NCBI GenBank assembly: GCA_036172245.1
Contig: JAYWIR010000045.1
Span: forward strand, 1,302,001 to 1,366,000
Reading direction: 5' to 3'
Length of the DNA stretch: 64,000 nucleotides
Origin: Raillietiella orientalis
Lineage: Eukaryota
Shown: positions 21,851 through 33,954 of the stretch, one piece after another
Position numbering within the stretch: the stretch's first letter is position 1
Layout of the letters: each line of letters starts with the position of its first letter
The notes under the pieces: generated by a model
What the model saw: the letters and a program-made list of their open reading frames with translations, nothing else
What the model was told of the DNA's origin: nothing
The model's database searches: none
Made by a program: the position numbers and the translations under genes

Positions 21851-24800
21851 GACGCACTGCCCTTCGGCTCTCTAGTGGTCCTCAGCAGCCTGATTGGGGA
21901 GTTCGTATGGAAGCCAGACCACATACTGGGCTATATCTCGGTTTTCCGAGCTCTTCGTTTCGGGAGGCGATGATCCGCAGGAAGCGTCTGCGAAGCGCTT
22001 TCCTTCTCGGCGGATCCCCGGAAAGCGTGGGCGACCCTCTGGGGCTCCCTGCAGCCGGTCTGGGCGCGCTACCTGCTCGCGCAGCTCCTGACGCTCAGGA
22101 CGCTGGCGGGCGTCCTTCGCGCCTCGCTTGCGGCCATCTTCGCGGGCACAGTGATCTTCGCTGAGCACCACGTCGTCTCGCGGGTGGACCTGGAGGGTGT
22201 CTGGAGGAAGGCCTCGGGGACGGACGGACCACTTGGTCCCCGGTACAGGGCCGTCGGCGACGCCAGAGGAACCTCACCGAGGGAGCGTGGCTCTTCTTCT
22301 CCAGAACGGCAAAGGTCTTGTCCACTTTCTCCTCGGCAACGGCTTCTCTTCCTGCCCCTCCCTCTTCCTCCCTTCCGTGCGGGAGTCCACGGCGTGGAGT
22401 GGTCGCCACAGCAGCAGCAGCAGCCAGGTTCCCTCGAGAACGCCTCCGGCCCAAAGGATGCCGAGTCGGTCATCTTGGTGGTGACCCGCGGACGCCGTCG
22501 AGGACCACCTCTCATCCAGCATAGCATTGCGGGACCCCGGTGACGACCCCTCACTCCACCGTGGGTGAAGCAAGCAAGCTCCGCAGTTGCACTGCTGAGG
22601 CCCTAGCCTCTTGGAAGAGGCACCATGCCCACGTCAGGGATCCAGGAATTCGTCCTGGACCTTCAATAAACCTCCCTCCAGATGAAACAACCACTGAAAC
22701 ACACTTCGTCCCCATCCCCACCTCTCTTCGGGACCTGCGCTCTAACGGGCATGGCGGCGATCCCCGTTCGTTCCCTCAGATCCAAGTAACTTTGTATGTT
22801 TACTCTTGGAACAAACGACCCGGCATCGCCGGTTTCAAAAGAGATGCTCGGAACGGCGCTACGCCTCCACGGTGGACTTTGCGACGTCACGCTGGTCGAC
22901 GCCGAGTGAGGTAGAATCAAAAGAGCAGCAAGTGGGGATTTCATTTAGAGCCCAAGATAAAAGGAAAAAGAAAGAAAGAAAAAAAGAGAGAGAGAGAGAA
23001 AAAAAAAGAAAAATGAAAAGATGCCGAGCACGACCTGCCCTTCGGACTGATGCTTCGCTGCAGACAATCTGGAACATACGCGGAATTTCATACCTGAGAA
23101 TTAACCGAATAGAAATCTGTGTTTTGATGATGATCATAGCACATGGACCAAATTACATGTTTGCTTTAATTTGATGATGACTGACACACTTAAAGAAGTC
23201 AGGAAGATGCACAAACACCAGAGGAGAAGAAAAGATAGACAGATGTGGGAATTTTTCGTACGTAATTTAGTGACCATTTTGCCACCTACCAACAGATGTT
23301 GGCACCTCTGAAGCAATATTTCTATTTCGGTCGAGATTTCCAATGAGGCAACCAATTAATTGGCCTTTTTCTTTTTTTTTTTGTCTCCTCCAAAAACTTC
23401 GTGATCTGAACTCGGAAGCAAGAACTTTTATTGGATACAAAGAAACCATCAGAGATATCAGCACAGACTTTTTCTTTCTTTCTCTTCCCTCAGATGAGCG
23501 TGGAAGAGTTTCTTCCTCATCGGCTTTCGCCGGCTGCAACACGTAAGTCGTGCTGCAACCGAGGAAAGGAAGGAGAGTTGCATTAACACCTCCGTGACAG
23601 TGGAGGGATGGGGCGGGGGGGGGAGAAGGGGAGGGAAGAGGGAGGAGGGATGGCCAAAAGCTCGCGGCTTAGGAGACTGGATTCAAGGAGCACACACGAT
23701 GGGGAACGCGGTGCTCCCGAACGGCCTCCACAAAAAAATCGTAAACGATATTTTCCTCTTCTCCTCTCCCCCCTCCTCATCGGACGTTGAGTCACCTCGT
23801 ATCAGCTCCGATAATTCCGGTGATCTTTTCGTGCATCTTCCGGCTCATCACGAACTGTGGTTTCGCGAACAGGCTGCGTGTCCGTGCGAACGTGACGCGC
23901 ACGCGCGCCCGGCGTGCTCCCCGTCGGGTTCCTTGAGACACTCCGGCGGGGGCAAAGCGCGGAGCTCCTCTCCTATTTGTCTTTCATTTCCCTTTTCATC
24001 AGCGCTGATCGCAATCGGCGTGCTCCCCCATGAGAACGCATCTGGACTGATGAAATTCGTTCCCCGGATTCTTTTCAGAAGCACAACCAGGACATGCTAA
24101 TGACAGAGCCCGAGGGAGGCAGAGTATCATGACCATTAATAGTGGAGCAAGACCTATGATTAATGAGGTGGTGGGTTATAACAACCTCAAACAATGTAAC
24201 ACTCCATTTTAATGATACTGATAAGTTGACCCCGTGACTTTACGGGACCAATGCGTGGCTCGTCATGTTCGATTACTGCATTTTTTTGCGTGCGTCCGTT
24301 TCCTTTCCCTGATTACTGGTCCACAGGTAAAAGATTCGAGACGGTTGGCACGCAAAATTCGAATGCTGTTCTGCTCAGTTGTGGCAGCCAAGAAAGAGCG
24401 AAAATTATCGTCTCTCCTTCCACTTCAGCCTGAACCTCCAGAATCATTGTTCGGGAGAGCTTTGCTCTGAGCACGTTTTGGACGGAGAGAGAAAGGGAAG
24501 GGAGGAGGAGGAAATCGGTTCTTTCAACAGCCTCCCGTCGATTCAAAATGGAGGTTCTTCCGTTCTATTATTAGGGTCTTCTGTACATTTTTCTTGGTTC
24601 TTGCAGGAACCGACCTATTCCCCAAGTCGACACATCGCGGACCGGCGCCACTCTGCTTGACCATCTCGACGCCCCGTTTGTTTTCCTCCTTTTGTGAAAC
24701 GGGGGCGCGTCCATGAGTGGGAAGTGGTCGCAAATTCCCCCCTGAGCGCTCTGTTGGACTTCTCGGGAGCTGGCAATTTCTCCGTTCGAATACCCTCCAG

Positions 24801-25719
24801 CTATCCCTTGAAATTGCTGGTCGTCTCCGCGATCCAATTACTCTCCTTTGCTTTCTTCCTTCGCACAGGCGGGGCACAGGGATCTGGTCTTTCGATTGCA
24901 TCTACGCTCTCTCGGATGCTGGTTCAGGAGCTTCACTTCGGTGTTCCGGAATCACCCCTAAGAATCAAAAGGGAAGATGAGAAAGATACAGCCCTTTGCC
25001 AGATATCGGCTCTTTTAAGGATTCCGAGGATCCTGGATGTTAGAGTGAAACGAGACGGCATTTCTCTCTCTCTCTCTCCTTCGAAGACTTCGGTCACAAG
25101 TGCGGGGGGGGGGGGGGGGGGTAGATTTGGGTGCTGCAGAGCGCCAGCAGCCAGAAAAATCTTTCAGTTTGGGTTCTTCGAAGCAGAGTCTGCATAGTTA
25201 CCAGAATCAAAACGCTGCAGCTCACGATGGAACTGAGGCGGAGCTTCTCGCTCTCCTTCCGGAGATTACCCCTTGCTTCCGGCTTCCAGTGCTTCTGGCA
25301 CGGAGTGGAAAGCAAGGAGACAGAGCACGGAAGCCAATATAGAGCACAGAAGTTCCCACTGGTGATTCAAGGTGCTCCAGAAGGGAGCATTTCGTTCTCT
25401 GCTTTCTGTTTAACAACCTTCTGAGCTCTATTTGTTTGTTTGTCTAGCAAGAATGCCATCTCCTATATTGGGTTCTTGCCAAACCTAAGACTCAGGAATC
25501 GTGTTTCCTGTGTTTCAGATGACCATTTGACCCTTTGAGCAAGTGCGCCTTTGAAACTGATGCAGATGCAAGGAGAGAAAAATTAAAAAAAAAAAATCAC
25601 GTAGCTCTGCCTTCCAACAGATTTCTTATTCCCATCTCCAGTGCTCTCAGCGCTCTCCCCGTGTTATCTTCGTTCTCTCGTTATGAGCCTATAGAAGCGA
25701 ACCAGGTGCTTCTGCTTGT

Positions 25720-26420
25720 TCACACTTCCTGATTCCGTGATTCTGAAAGAAGATCTGGCTCGCTCGTGAGAGGAAAACGGTTGCCTGGATGCGCGCGTTT
25801 TCTTCCAGAGTGATGTCTAGGGGAGAGCTGCCCTTCCTGAGGTTGAGCTCTACCGATTCCTTCACTTGCCGCCAGGATCTTGGATACGTGCTTTCCTTGT
25901 CTCCTTACACAGACGTTTGCACTCTGGGTGCTGCTGCTTTCTAAAAATTCTATTGCATTCGCGTGCACCAGGTGCGGGAGCGACCCGCACCTGGTTCGGT
26001 TCGGGGGTGCAACTCCTGAGGAAACGAGGATGCCAGCGCTCCTTGTACTGGAATCCTCCCCCCCCCCCCATGCAGAAGAGCAGAACAGCCTGTTTCCGGG
26101 AGAGGAGGAACGCAGAAGTGTCCAGACATCGGGGGAGGAAACCACAAGTTCCTTGGGAAAAAAACTCAGTTGACTCCACCGAAGGAGTCTGGTCGCCAGG
26201 ATACGCGGAATGGCAGCATCCACCAACTCACGCGTCTTCCAGCCTCCAAGGAGTTTCGCCTTTCCCTGCGACGGTGCAGGAAAGCTCCAATCCCTCCCGG
26301 TTGGCAGCTGTCGTCGATTGCCTTCAGGGAAGACAGCGCTGCGGCAAGGGGTGCAGCGTCCAGGGTCGACTAATTTGCCGTGTCCTGCATCAATGCTTCT
26401 GAAGGTCGTGGTAGGCAATG
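25720..26420 (-). mobile_element. Decayed Gypsy RNase H/linker relic
   Basis: PTTTFRSIDAG...RRQLPTGRDWSF...AIPRILATRLLRWSQL matches the spacing of PIAFASRxLT...FHQYLYGRxFTL...IPxxAAxRLQRWAL. Confidence 0.5.
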
Positions 26421-29400
26421 GCGCAGGGGGCGAAGATCCTGCGGGCGCATTCCCTGGAACGCAGGTCAGGACTCAACAGTCTCCTGCCGCCAGGCATTGT
26501 AGTTCAAAGGGCGGCAGGAGATCCACGAGTGGGTTTCCAATAGGGAGGCGAGTTGCCTAAGAGGGAAGTCAGATCCCTGCATCGTGTAACGGGTGCTCGT
26601 CAGCAACGAGAGCAATACCTTATCCCGAAAAGTCTTCACGGGAATCGCGCACCACATTTTCTAACGTCGAACCTCGAACTAAAGATGTCTTTGAAATCAC
26701 TCAAATTTTCCAGTCATTAATAAATCATCGAATCCGGAAGAAGAATCGATGGTACTTGGTGACGCACATTTTATACTCGGAGCTGGGGTATCTGGAATAA
26801 ATTCTTCGTTCTGTCACCCGCGTTCATGGAGTCAGTTTTGGATCCACTACCGCATTCTATACTTCTTGATGGCACATCTCTCATCTTGCTCTCATCTTGA
26901 GTCAACATCATGGATCTCAAGAGCGTCGAAGGTTACTGAGATCCAGAAAATCAAAATAACGTGCTTCCCATTTCCTGAAAACGCATCGCTGCGTACGTGC
27001 GTGAGTGCGTATGTGTGTGTATCTTTTCCAATACATTGCTACACCGCCTCCAAAGAAAAAAAAAACCCTCGGAATCACTGTTTCCTCGGACAGTCGACCT
27101 TTGTAACAAATCTGCAGCCGAGCATTGCAAACTACCGATCACATCCTCGGATCAGCAGCTTGCTCTTCGCAACCCGGCCGAACAAGCTGCGATGCTTCGC
27201 TCTCTACCCAAGGGGCCTGTGTTTCGACGGGTCTTCGAAGGACATGTGCCTCTCTCGTGATTCAAAGAGCTGTCACAGAGTAAGACGGTCGCCAACCACT
27301 TCGAGATCATTGGACGGGTGGTCCAACACGTAAGTTGCCACTCAGCATTCACAGAACACAAAAAAGACAGCGCTTCACGCCAATAAATACTTCAGCTTTG
27401 TCGAAAATGCAGTGGGAAGAGAAGCAGTTAGAAGCCATCCAGAATAAACTACGATCTAACATTCTTTGATGATTCGAATTCTATCAATTGGGTGTGTCGA
27501 AAGAGACTCGCTGACATCCAGGCTGCATAGCTAATTTGATTTACCACTGTAGAATAAAAGTCACTAACCAATGTGGCCTAGTGACAAATCACTGGAACTT
27601 TGGTGCCCAGAGAGGAAAAATGGTATCGATGAGCTAAGAATCCCTGCTGCAGTGACTAAGTAGACAACGAATAGCCTGGAGAATGGATGAGTAGAGTGAA
27701 TCCTCTTTTCTTGAAATTGGAAATAATATTGGGAAGAAAAAAAAGCGAAACATGTGTCCTCAAATATTTCATGGAATGTGTTGAAAGTGACTGGATACAG
27801 TGATCAAGGACATGTGAGCAAACCCCGATATTTCTGGTAAAATATATAGCTAACAGCACGCATCTATTAATAGTACTGAGAAAATATTCTTACGAGATGA
27901 ATGATGAAATGAAAATCAACATTTTTTTCCATGTATTCAATACTACGAAATCCTTTATCCCTTCCATTCTCTTATTTTTTAATCTCTTCTTATTTCTCAT
28001 AGAAGCAGTCATTTCTGCCCCTTGAGAAGGGGCAGAAATTTGATTTTTGATTTTATTTAGAAGCATCTCTCATCATTATTTCTTGAATTTCTATCAATCT
28101 ATATTTGTATGTATTATCCACCGTCATTTTTGATGGTATGCATCCTCTGTGCCAGTAGCAGTGAACACCGAAACATCTACGTGTCCCATCCTATGATGAT
28201 GAACTCTTGCCACGTCGGACGTACTTCCGCGTCTGACGCACAGTGCCTTCAGAAACCGTCAGCATCACTCCTCAAAGAAAACATTCGAAGCTTCATCTTC
28301 TTTGCAAATGGGAGTCTGGGGGAAAAAAGCATCTGCATATCAGACACGAAAGGATTCACAGTATCAGATGCAAATTTGGGGTAAAGCCACCCCAAATTGG
28401 CAGGCAGGAAGACTTGGATGTTAAGAGTCCTCTGCTTTCATTTCCATGAGATCTCAATTAGCAAGAATGTTTTCATCCTGAGTGCGAGTGATCTTTGTGA
28501 AAATAAAGAGATGATACCTGGATAATCTTTCCATGCTGACAATCAATGGAGTCTTTTTTGACGGAATCTGTAATGGCACTCTGTCCACATTCTGATGATC
28601 TATTGCTCTGATATCGGCGCCGCTTTCACTTTGCTTAAAGCAAATGTAGAAAAGTTGGCATTCCAGAATCGATCACAGCATCCAATATTCCAGATCTGAG
28701 ACAAAAAAAAAAAAAAAAAAAGCCTGTTTGATTGGAACTACATCGTACTCTCTTTCCAGATGTTTGTCGTTGTTGAGGAATATCTGGAAACGCTGATGTG
28801 ATTCAGCTTCTCCACAAAACTTTAAACATTGCAGAAAGCTTTTCCACCCAATCCCTGCTCTCCGTTTCGATCAGCATTCAACTGTCTGAGGTTTCCAGAA
28901 GTTCCACGAAAGCTCCGCTAGACAGACTGAGTTTCTATGCTTCTGAGTGCCGGTCTAGTTTGACCAACTTAAAAGTTGCTTACGTTTCTCTCTTTTATCA
29001 AACTCGAAGATGGAAATTTTTCGAGACTTTGATCCTTCTTATGAAAGTTAAGCTCCAGTCATTTCAAATACAGAACAACCATGAGCTCTTCAGGAAGCTG
29101 TCTTTGATGATGTTACGAACAGCTATCTTAAAATTTATTTTTTCTCACACATTTATTAGTCCCCATCTTACTGCTTACATGCCTTTCTTATCTCCATTAA
29201 AAGATGCGGGAGCTTCTTCTTCCTTCATCCATCGATTTTTGTTTCCTGGGTTTCGCGGAGACGCATTTCCAAGACAACTTCTCTAACGCCATCTACTCAC
29301 GAGATAAAATACGATACGGACTTTTTTTTCCGTGTCACCTCTTGAAGTGCGTTACTTCGAGTCCATCCAGAATCACAATTTCTATTTTTCTGTACACGGC

Positions 29401-32064
29401 AATGGAAAGGAGGTTTACACAAATTAATAACCACCTTCTCAATAGATGTGGGATTTGGAAGTTTCATCACAAGGTGTTACTCATGCTCTGAGTGCTTTTG
29501 CTGAAAAAACAGTCGGAAAATTGGTTTCCGATTCTCCCTTTCCGATGGATGCAGAAACAGTAGGAAAAACAAACAAACGCATCCTAATGGAGGCATAAAA
29601 ACGACAAAAAAAAAAAGAATATCTCTTTCTCAGCTGTTGCTGTTGATGCTCTTCTTGCATCATTATCACGTGATCTCTCAAATTTCTCGTGTCTTTCATT
29701 CGCATTGGTTCTCCTCAGAGGATGTCGGCGGAGTTGGTATGCAGTGGCTTCACCCTAGCGAAGTCATCACTAACGTTAACCGGATAAATTTCGAACCACA
29801 GTGCAGCCACGACCCACGAGAACTTTTGATATCGTTGGATAGAACTACTATTATGAAATTGCTTTTCAGTCAATTTCTTTCGTATTAGAATCCTTAATTA
29901 ATGCACTGTTCGTCTTATGGCAGACAGTGACAGAAATTTTGTGTAGTGTTTAGGCCAAGGATATTCAGTTTAGGGTTTCCGGACTCTGAACGAAAACGAA
30001 ACTGATTTCAGCATGTGTTAGACCCCCATAATGATCATGTTTCCAATGAATTTTGCTTTTCCATCAGTCGATGAAGTTTCTCACATTTAGAAATAATAGA
30101 AAAATCGTAAGTATCGATAAATTCATACTCACTGTCCCATAAGTCATAAGTTAAAATAAGCGGCTTCTTCTGACTGAATTCAATTAGAGAAAAAGTACAC
30201 TGGAGTTTTGTCTGATGACAAACTGAATATCCCTCTTATTTGCATATTCAAACCACCGGTATATTTGGTCCTGTTTGTGTTTTCCTACACTTGAAGACTT
30301 TGGTTATTTCACATACTTATATCACCCATCAAAGTCCAAGAAAGACATTCGAGTATCTCTGAAGTCCTCAGATTGCTTTCGTTGTAATCAACTATAAGTT
30401 TCAGCAGTGCTATGAGCATCATATGTGAAGTATTGAAGGTCTTAACCTTGTATTCGTTGTTTCCTATGCTGACGTGAACATCCGTAATAGACGTCCCAGA
30501 TCTCGCGTTATTGACATTTAATAACCATATAAGCTACAAGGAACAAGTATTATTCGCAAAAGTATTCAATGCTTCTCTTGAATTTTTGATCACCTAACGT
30601 GAATGTGTTTTGATTATGCATTCACGTTTCATGAAGATTAACTTTAATCTCAGATAATTCTACAACTTATTGCCCAGAAAGAATGAGATGAACTTACAAT
30701 TCAGAGTTCGAATATAAAAATAATAAAAAGTAAGCATTGAATTATATTGTCATAATATTGGATTAAGAACTTTCTCTTGAAGGCATCGAACTGTTCCGTA
30801 CTCCATTTTACAAGCTATAAAACTGAGCTGGTAATTGTGCTCGAAGAACGGTTTACTATGTGATCCATTAAATAATCATCTTGAACAGCAGGAGGTTTAT
30901 TTCACATTTTTCCTTTCTTCTAAAAGCGATCAGGAATAAGTTAAGAGATAGCTCAAAACTAAATCTGGCGTATTTTCCCAGTTAAGGAAGAATTGACATT
31001 TCGAATATGTTATTTTGAGATTTGGCTGCATATTAGTTTAAAAGTTGATATTTCGAATAGCAGCCAATTGGTTCATGCTATAATTCCCACAGCTCCACAG
31101 CTTATAAGGAAATTTTGATGCGATGGAGGCAGTCAACAAATTTCAGAAAGAACTTTGGTAACAAACTCGAAAATTTTGATTGGGAAGATTCGTCAGAAAT
31201 TTCCGAAATCAGTTGTTCCAACAGAAATTTCCAAAATTCGTCATATTGTAGCCTTTCAATTCTCAGAGACTTCCAACAGCATTGTATGAACAAACGACAA
31301 AAAATATGGATGGACCATCATGTTGGGTGTATGATCAAGGGAAATAATTGATAAAAAACCATCTAAAAAAATGGAATTTATTTTATTTCCACTTATGAAG
31401 AAAAAGAAAACAAACGCTGTTTGCAAATGAACATTGGTTGGCGTTGATAGATTTGATTGGAATGCAGTAATTTGAAAAATGAGATCATGTGGATAAGCAG
31501 GAATCACTAATCCCACTTGTCATCATTCGATGTTGTCCAACGGAACTGGAATCATGACCATTGCACAACTTTATTCTTAGCCAGAAAAAAAAAATGAAAA
31601 AAAAAAGAGAATTGCTACAAATAAATCTTAAGAGTTGGCTGCACTCTCGAATCCAACATGCGTCTGAAAATTGAAGTCCTCTATACTCAGGATCCCGGCA
31701 ATGATGTAATTTATTTTCTTCTACAGCCTCGTCGACATTTCGCACAATTAGTTCCTTCTTTCATGTACACTAGGGAAACTGAGTTTCTTTCTTCTTAATT
31801 ACAATTTATTCTGGCTGTACGCTTTTTTGAAAGGTACTGTATTCAGTAAATGTTATTTTGCGAGTGCTTTCGTCTTTCGGAAATTTGATGGTTTTGAATT
31901 TAAAAGGTTATACAGGTGGCAACCATTTAATACAACGAATGTCATGGTTTTGTATGTTGTACTTTTTTCTTTTCAACCTTGTATCCAGAGAGAGCAATGG
32001 AAATATGTAATCATTTATGCCCCATAACACATATATGGTTTAAGTTCATTTATTGTTTACTCAC

Positions 32065-32310
32065 TTGGTAGCAGCTGATCCTTCGATATCGTCTCGAGTT
32101 TCGAGTCGCAATCTAACTACGGTATTACAAACCTGCCACGAAAAGTGTAGGCGCTGCCGTGAAAAAATCCACGACATAAGATGTGTTGTTGAGACCCTTT
32201 TCAATCAATTGTGCCAAAATTGTTCCGACAGCGAATATCAATTCCACTTTAATATTTTCAGTTCCAACGTTTATGTTCGAACACTGCCAAAGTGTGCCGA
32301 TTGCTGCAAG
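32065..32310. promoter_or_regulatory. Candidate bidirectional promoter/first-exon region upstream of COX15
   Basis: Locally CpG-rich patch in AT-rich DNA, bounded by a minus-strand donor (CAA|GTGAGT at 32064) and a plus-strand donor (CAA|GTAAAG at 32310), with candidate acceptors at 32589 or 32646 before the COX15 ATG. Confidence 0.35.
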
Positions 32311-32724
32311 TAAAGTAGTTTATTTAGAATGTCGTACACAAATGTAAATTCAATGCCACCGTTAAATTTATGATTCATTGTGTGCACTTAATCAAAAAAT
32401 CTTCAATGGATCTTTCAGTGGAATCCGTGATATAAGTCTAATGAGAGTATTATGAAATTTAATATTGTCACCTTTCTTAATTCTCTTTATCCTTGTTTGA
32501 CTTTGAAGTCTTCTGTTTTGTTAATTAAGTTACTGTTGATTGGATACCAACTGCTTTTATTATTTTCTTAATTGGTTGAATATTTCTAGTTGGATTACAT
32601 GTCTCGATGTGTAGACAAATTTGAGTGTTGTTTATTTTCCTCTAAGTTAAAGAGCAGCCCCTTTTATGCCCAATAGTTGAATATCTGACCCTGTGGTGAT
32701 AGTGTTCCCATCTCCATATGAAAC

Positions 32725-33954
32725 ATGTATTTTTCTTCTGCTGCCAAAATAAGCAAACTTGGTTTCATTAATATCTTTAAGCAGCAGATTGTATTTAATT
32801 CCACAAAGTCAGTGAAACCGTTGTTTTCTAAAAAGTTCTGCTTCCCTACAAATGCAGGTGCAAAATGCCATTCGTATCTTGGAAGTGATCTATTGTCACC
32901 ATCAAGAAAAACCATTGGCTACTGGCTATTGACATGTGGAGGATTAACTTTTGGTGCTATTGTTATAGGAGGCATTACTAGATTAACTGAATCAGGATTA
33001 TCTATGGTTAAGTGGCATCCATTCAAAGAAAGGCCTCCATTATCTCATACTGAGTGGGAAAATGAATTCAGAACCTATCAACAATATCCAGAATTCAAAA
33101 TTAAGAATCCCAATATAAGTTTGTCAGAGTTTAAATTTATATGGTGGATGGAATATGTGCACCGAATGTGGGGACGCCTGGTTGGGCTTGTATTTGTAGT
33201 GCCAGCAACAGTTTTTTTCTTCAGAGGCTGGTTTCCTAGAAAATTACAAAAGAGAATAGTTGCTGCAGGCATACTTCTTGGTTTTCAGGGTCTTTTAGGC
33301 TGGTATATGGTAAAATCTGGCTTAGAAAATCATTTCCATGCAGAATGCGATACACCAAGAGTATCACAATACAGACTATCAGCACATCTTGGAACTGCAT
33401 TGATACTTTATTCAATTTTTCTGTGGTGTGGTTTGGATTTAGTACTTCCGGCATTAAAAATTTCAAATATTTGTTCAAAAATTAAAAGGTTTAGATATTT
33501 ATCTCATGCATCAAAAAGTCTGATATTTTTGACTATTTTATCTGGTTCTCTTGTTGCAGGTTTAGATGCTGGGTTAGTGTACAATAGTTTTCCTAAAATG
33601 GGGGATTGGTGGGTACCTCCTGAAACCTTTTCTTTGCAGCCATTTTGGAGAAATTTCACTGAAAATCCAGTGACTGCTCAATTAAACCATCGTTTCTTGG
33701 CTCTTTCCACCTTTTCTATTACAATACTAATAGGTTTATTGTCCAGAAAACTCCATCTTCCAAAAAGAATCAAGCTTGTGGCCTTCTCACTTCCTTTCCT
33801 ATCTATGACACAAGTGTGTATTGGCATTTGTACATTGCTTTATTATGTACCAGTGTCACTAGCAGCAATGCATCAATCAGTAGCAGTTTTACTTTTATCA
33901 GCTGCAGTATGGCTAACACATGAACTCAAATGGGTCAAAAGACTCCCCAAATAA
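32725..33954 (+). CDS. COX15: Heme A synthase / cytochrome c oxidase assembly protein COX15 (single coding exon, 409 aa)
   Basis: GGITRLTESGLSMVKW, EFKFIWWMEYVHRMWGR, GFQGLLGWYMVKSGL, PRVSQYRLSAHLG, GSLVAGLDAGLVYNSFPKMG, QLNHR, AAMHQ; all four conserved His present; basic, Ser-rich N-terminus like a mitochondrial presequence. Confidence 0.97.
   Translation: MYFSSAAKISKLGFINIFKQQIVFNSTKSVKPLFSKKFCFPTNAGAKCHSYLGSDLLSPSRKTIGYWLLTCGGLTFGAIVIGGITRLTESGLSMVKWHPFKERPPLSHTEWENEFRTYQQYPEFKIKNPNISLSEFKFIWWMEYVHRMWGRLVGLVFVVPATVFFFRGWFPRKLQKRIVAAGILLGFQGLLGWYMVKSGLENHFHAECDTPRVSQYRLSAHLGTALILYSIFLWCGLDLVLPALKISNICSKIKRFRYLSHASKSLIFLTILSGSLVAGLDAGLVYNSFPKMGDWWVPPETFSLQPFWRNFTENPVTAQLNHRFLALSTFSITILIGLLSRKLHLPKRIKLVAFSLPFLSMTQVCIGICTLLYYVPVSLAAMHQSVAVLLLSAAVWLTHELKWVKRLPK

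Noticed and set aside
24164..24189. let-7-like TGAGGTGGTGGGTTATA, or a C/D snoRNA in the surrounding sequence
   Set aside because: Seed differs from let-7 (GAGGTAG), the stem is only ~9 bp rather than a pre-miRNA hairpin, the C box is imperfect and there is no terminal stem.
27600..32000. Protein-coding gene in the AT-rich region upstream of COX15
   Set aside because: Exon-like segments (e.g. minus 28695-28518) have stops in all frames; no coherent reading frame or known motif.
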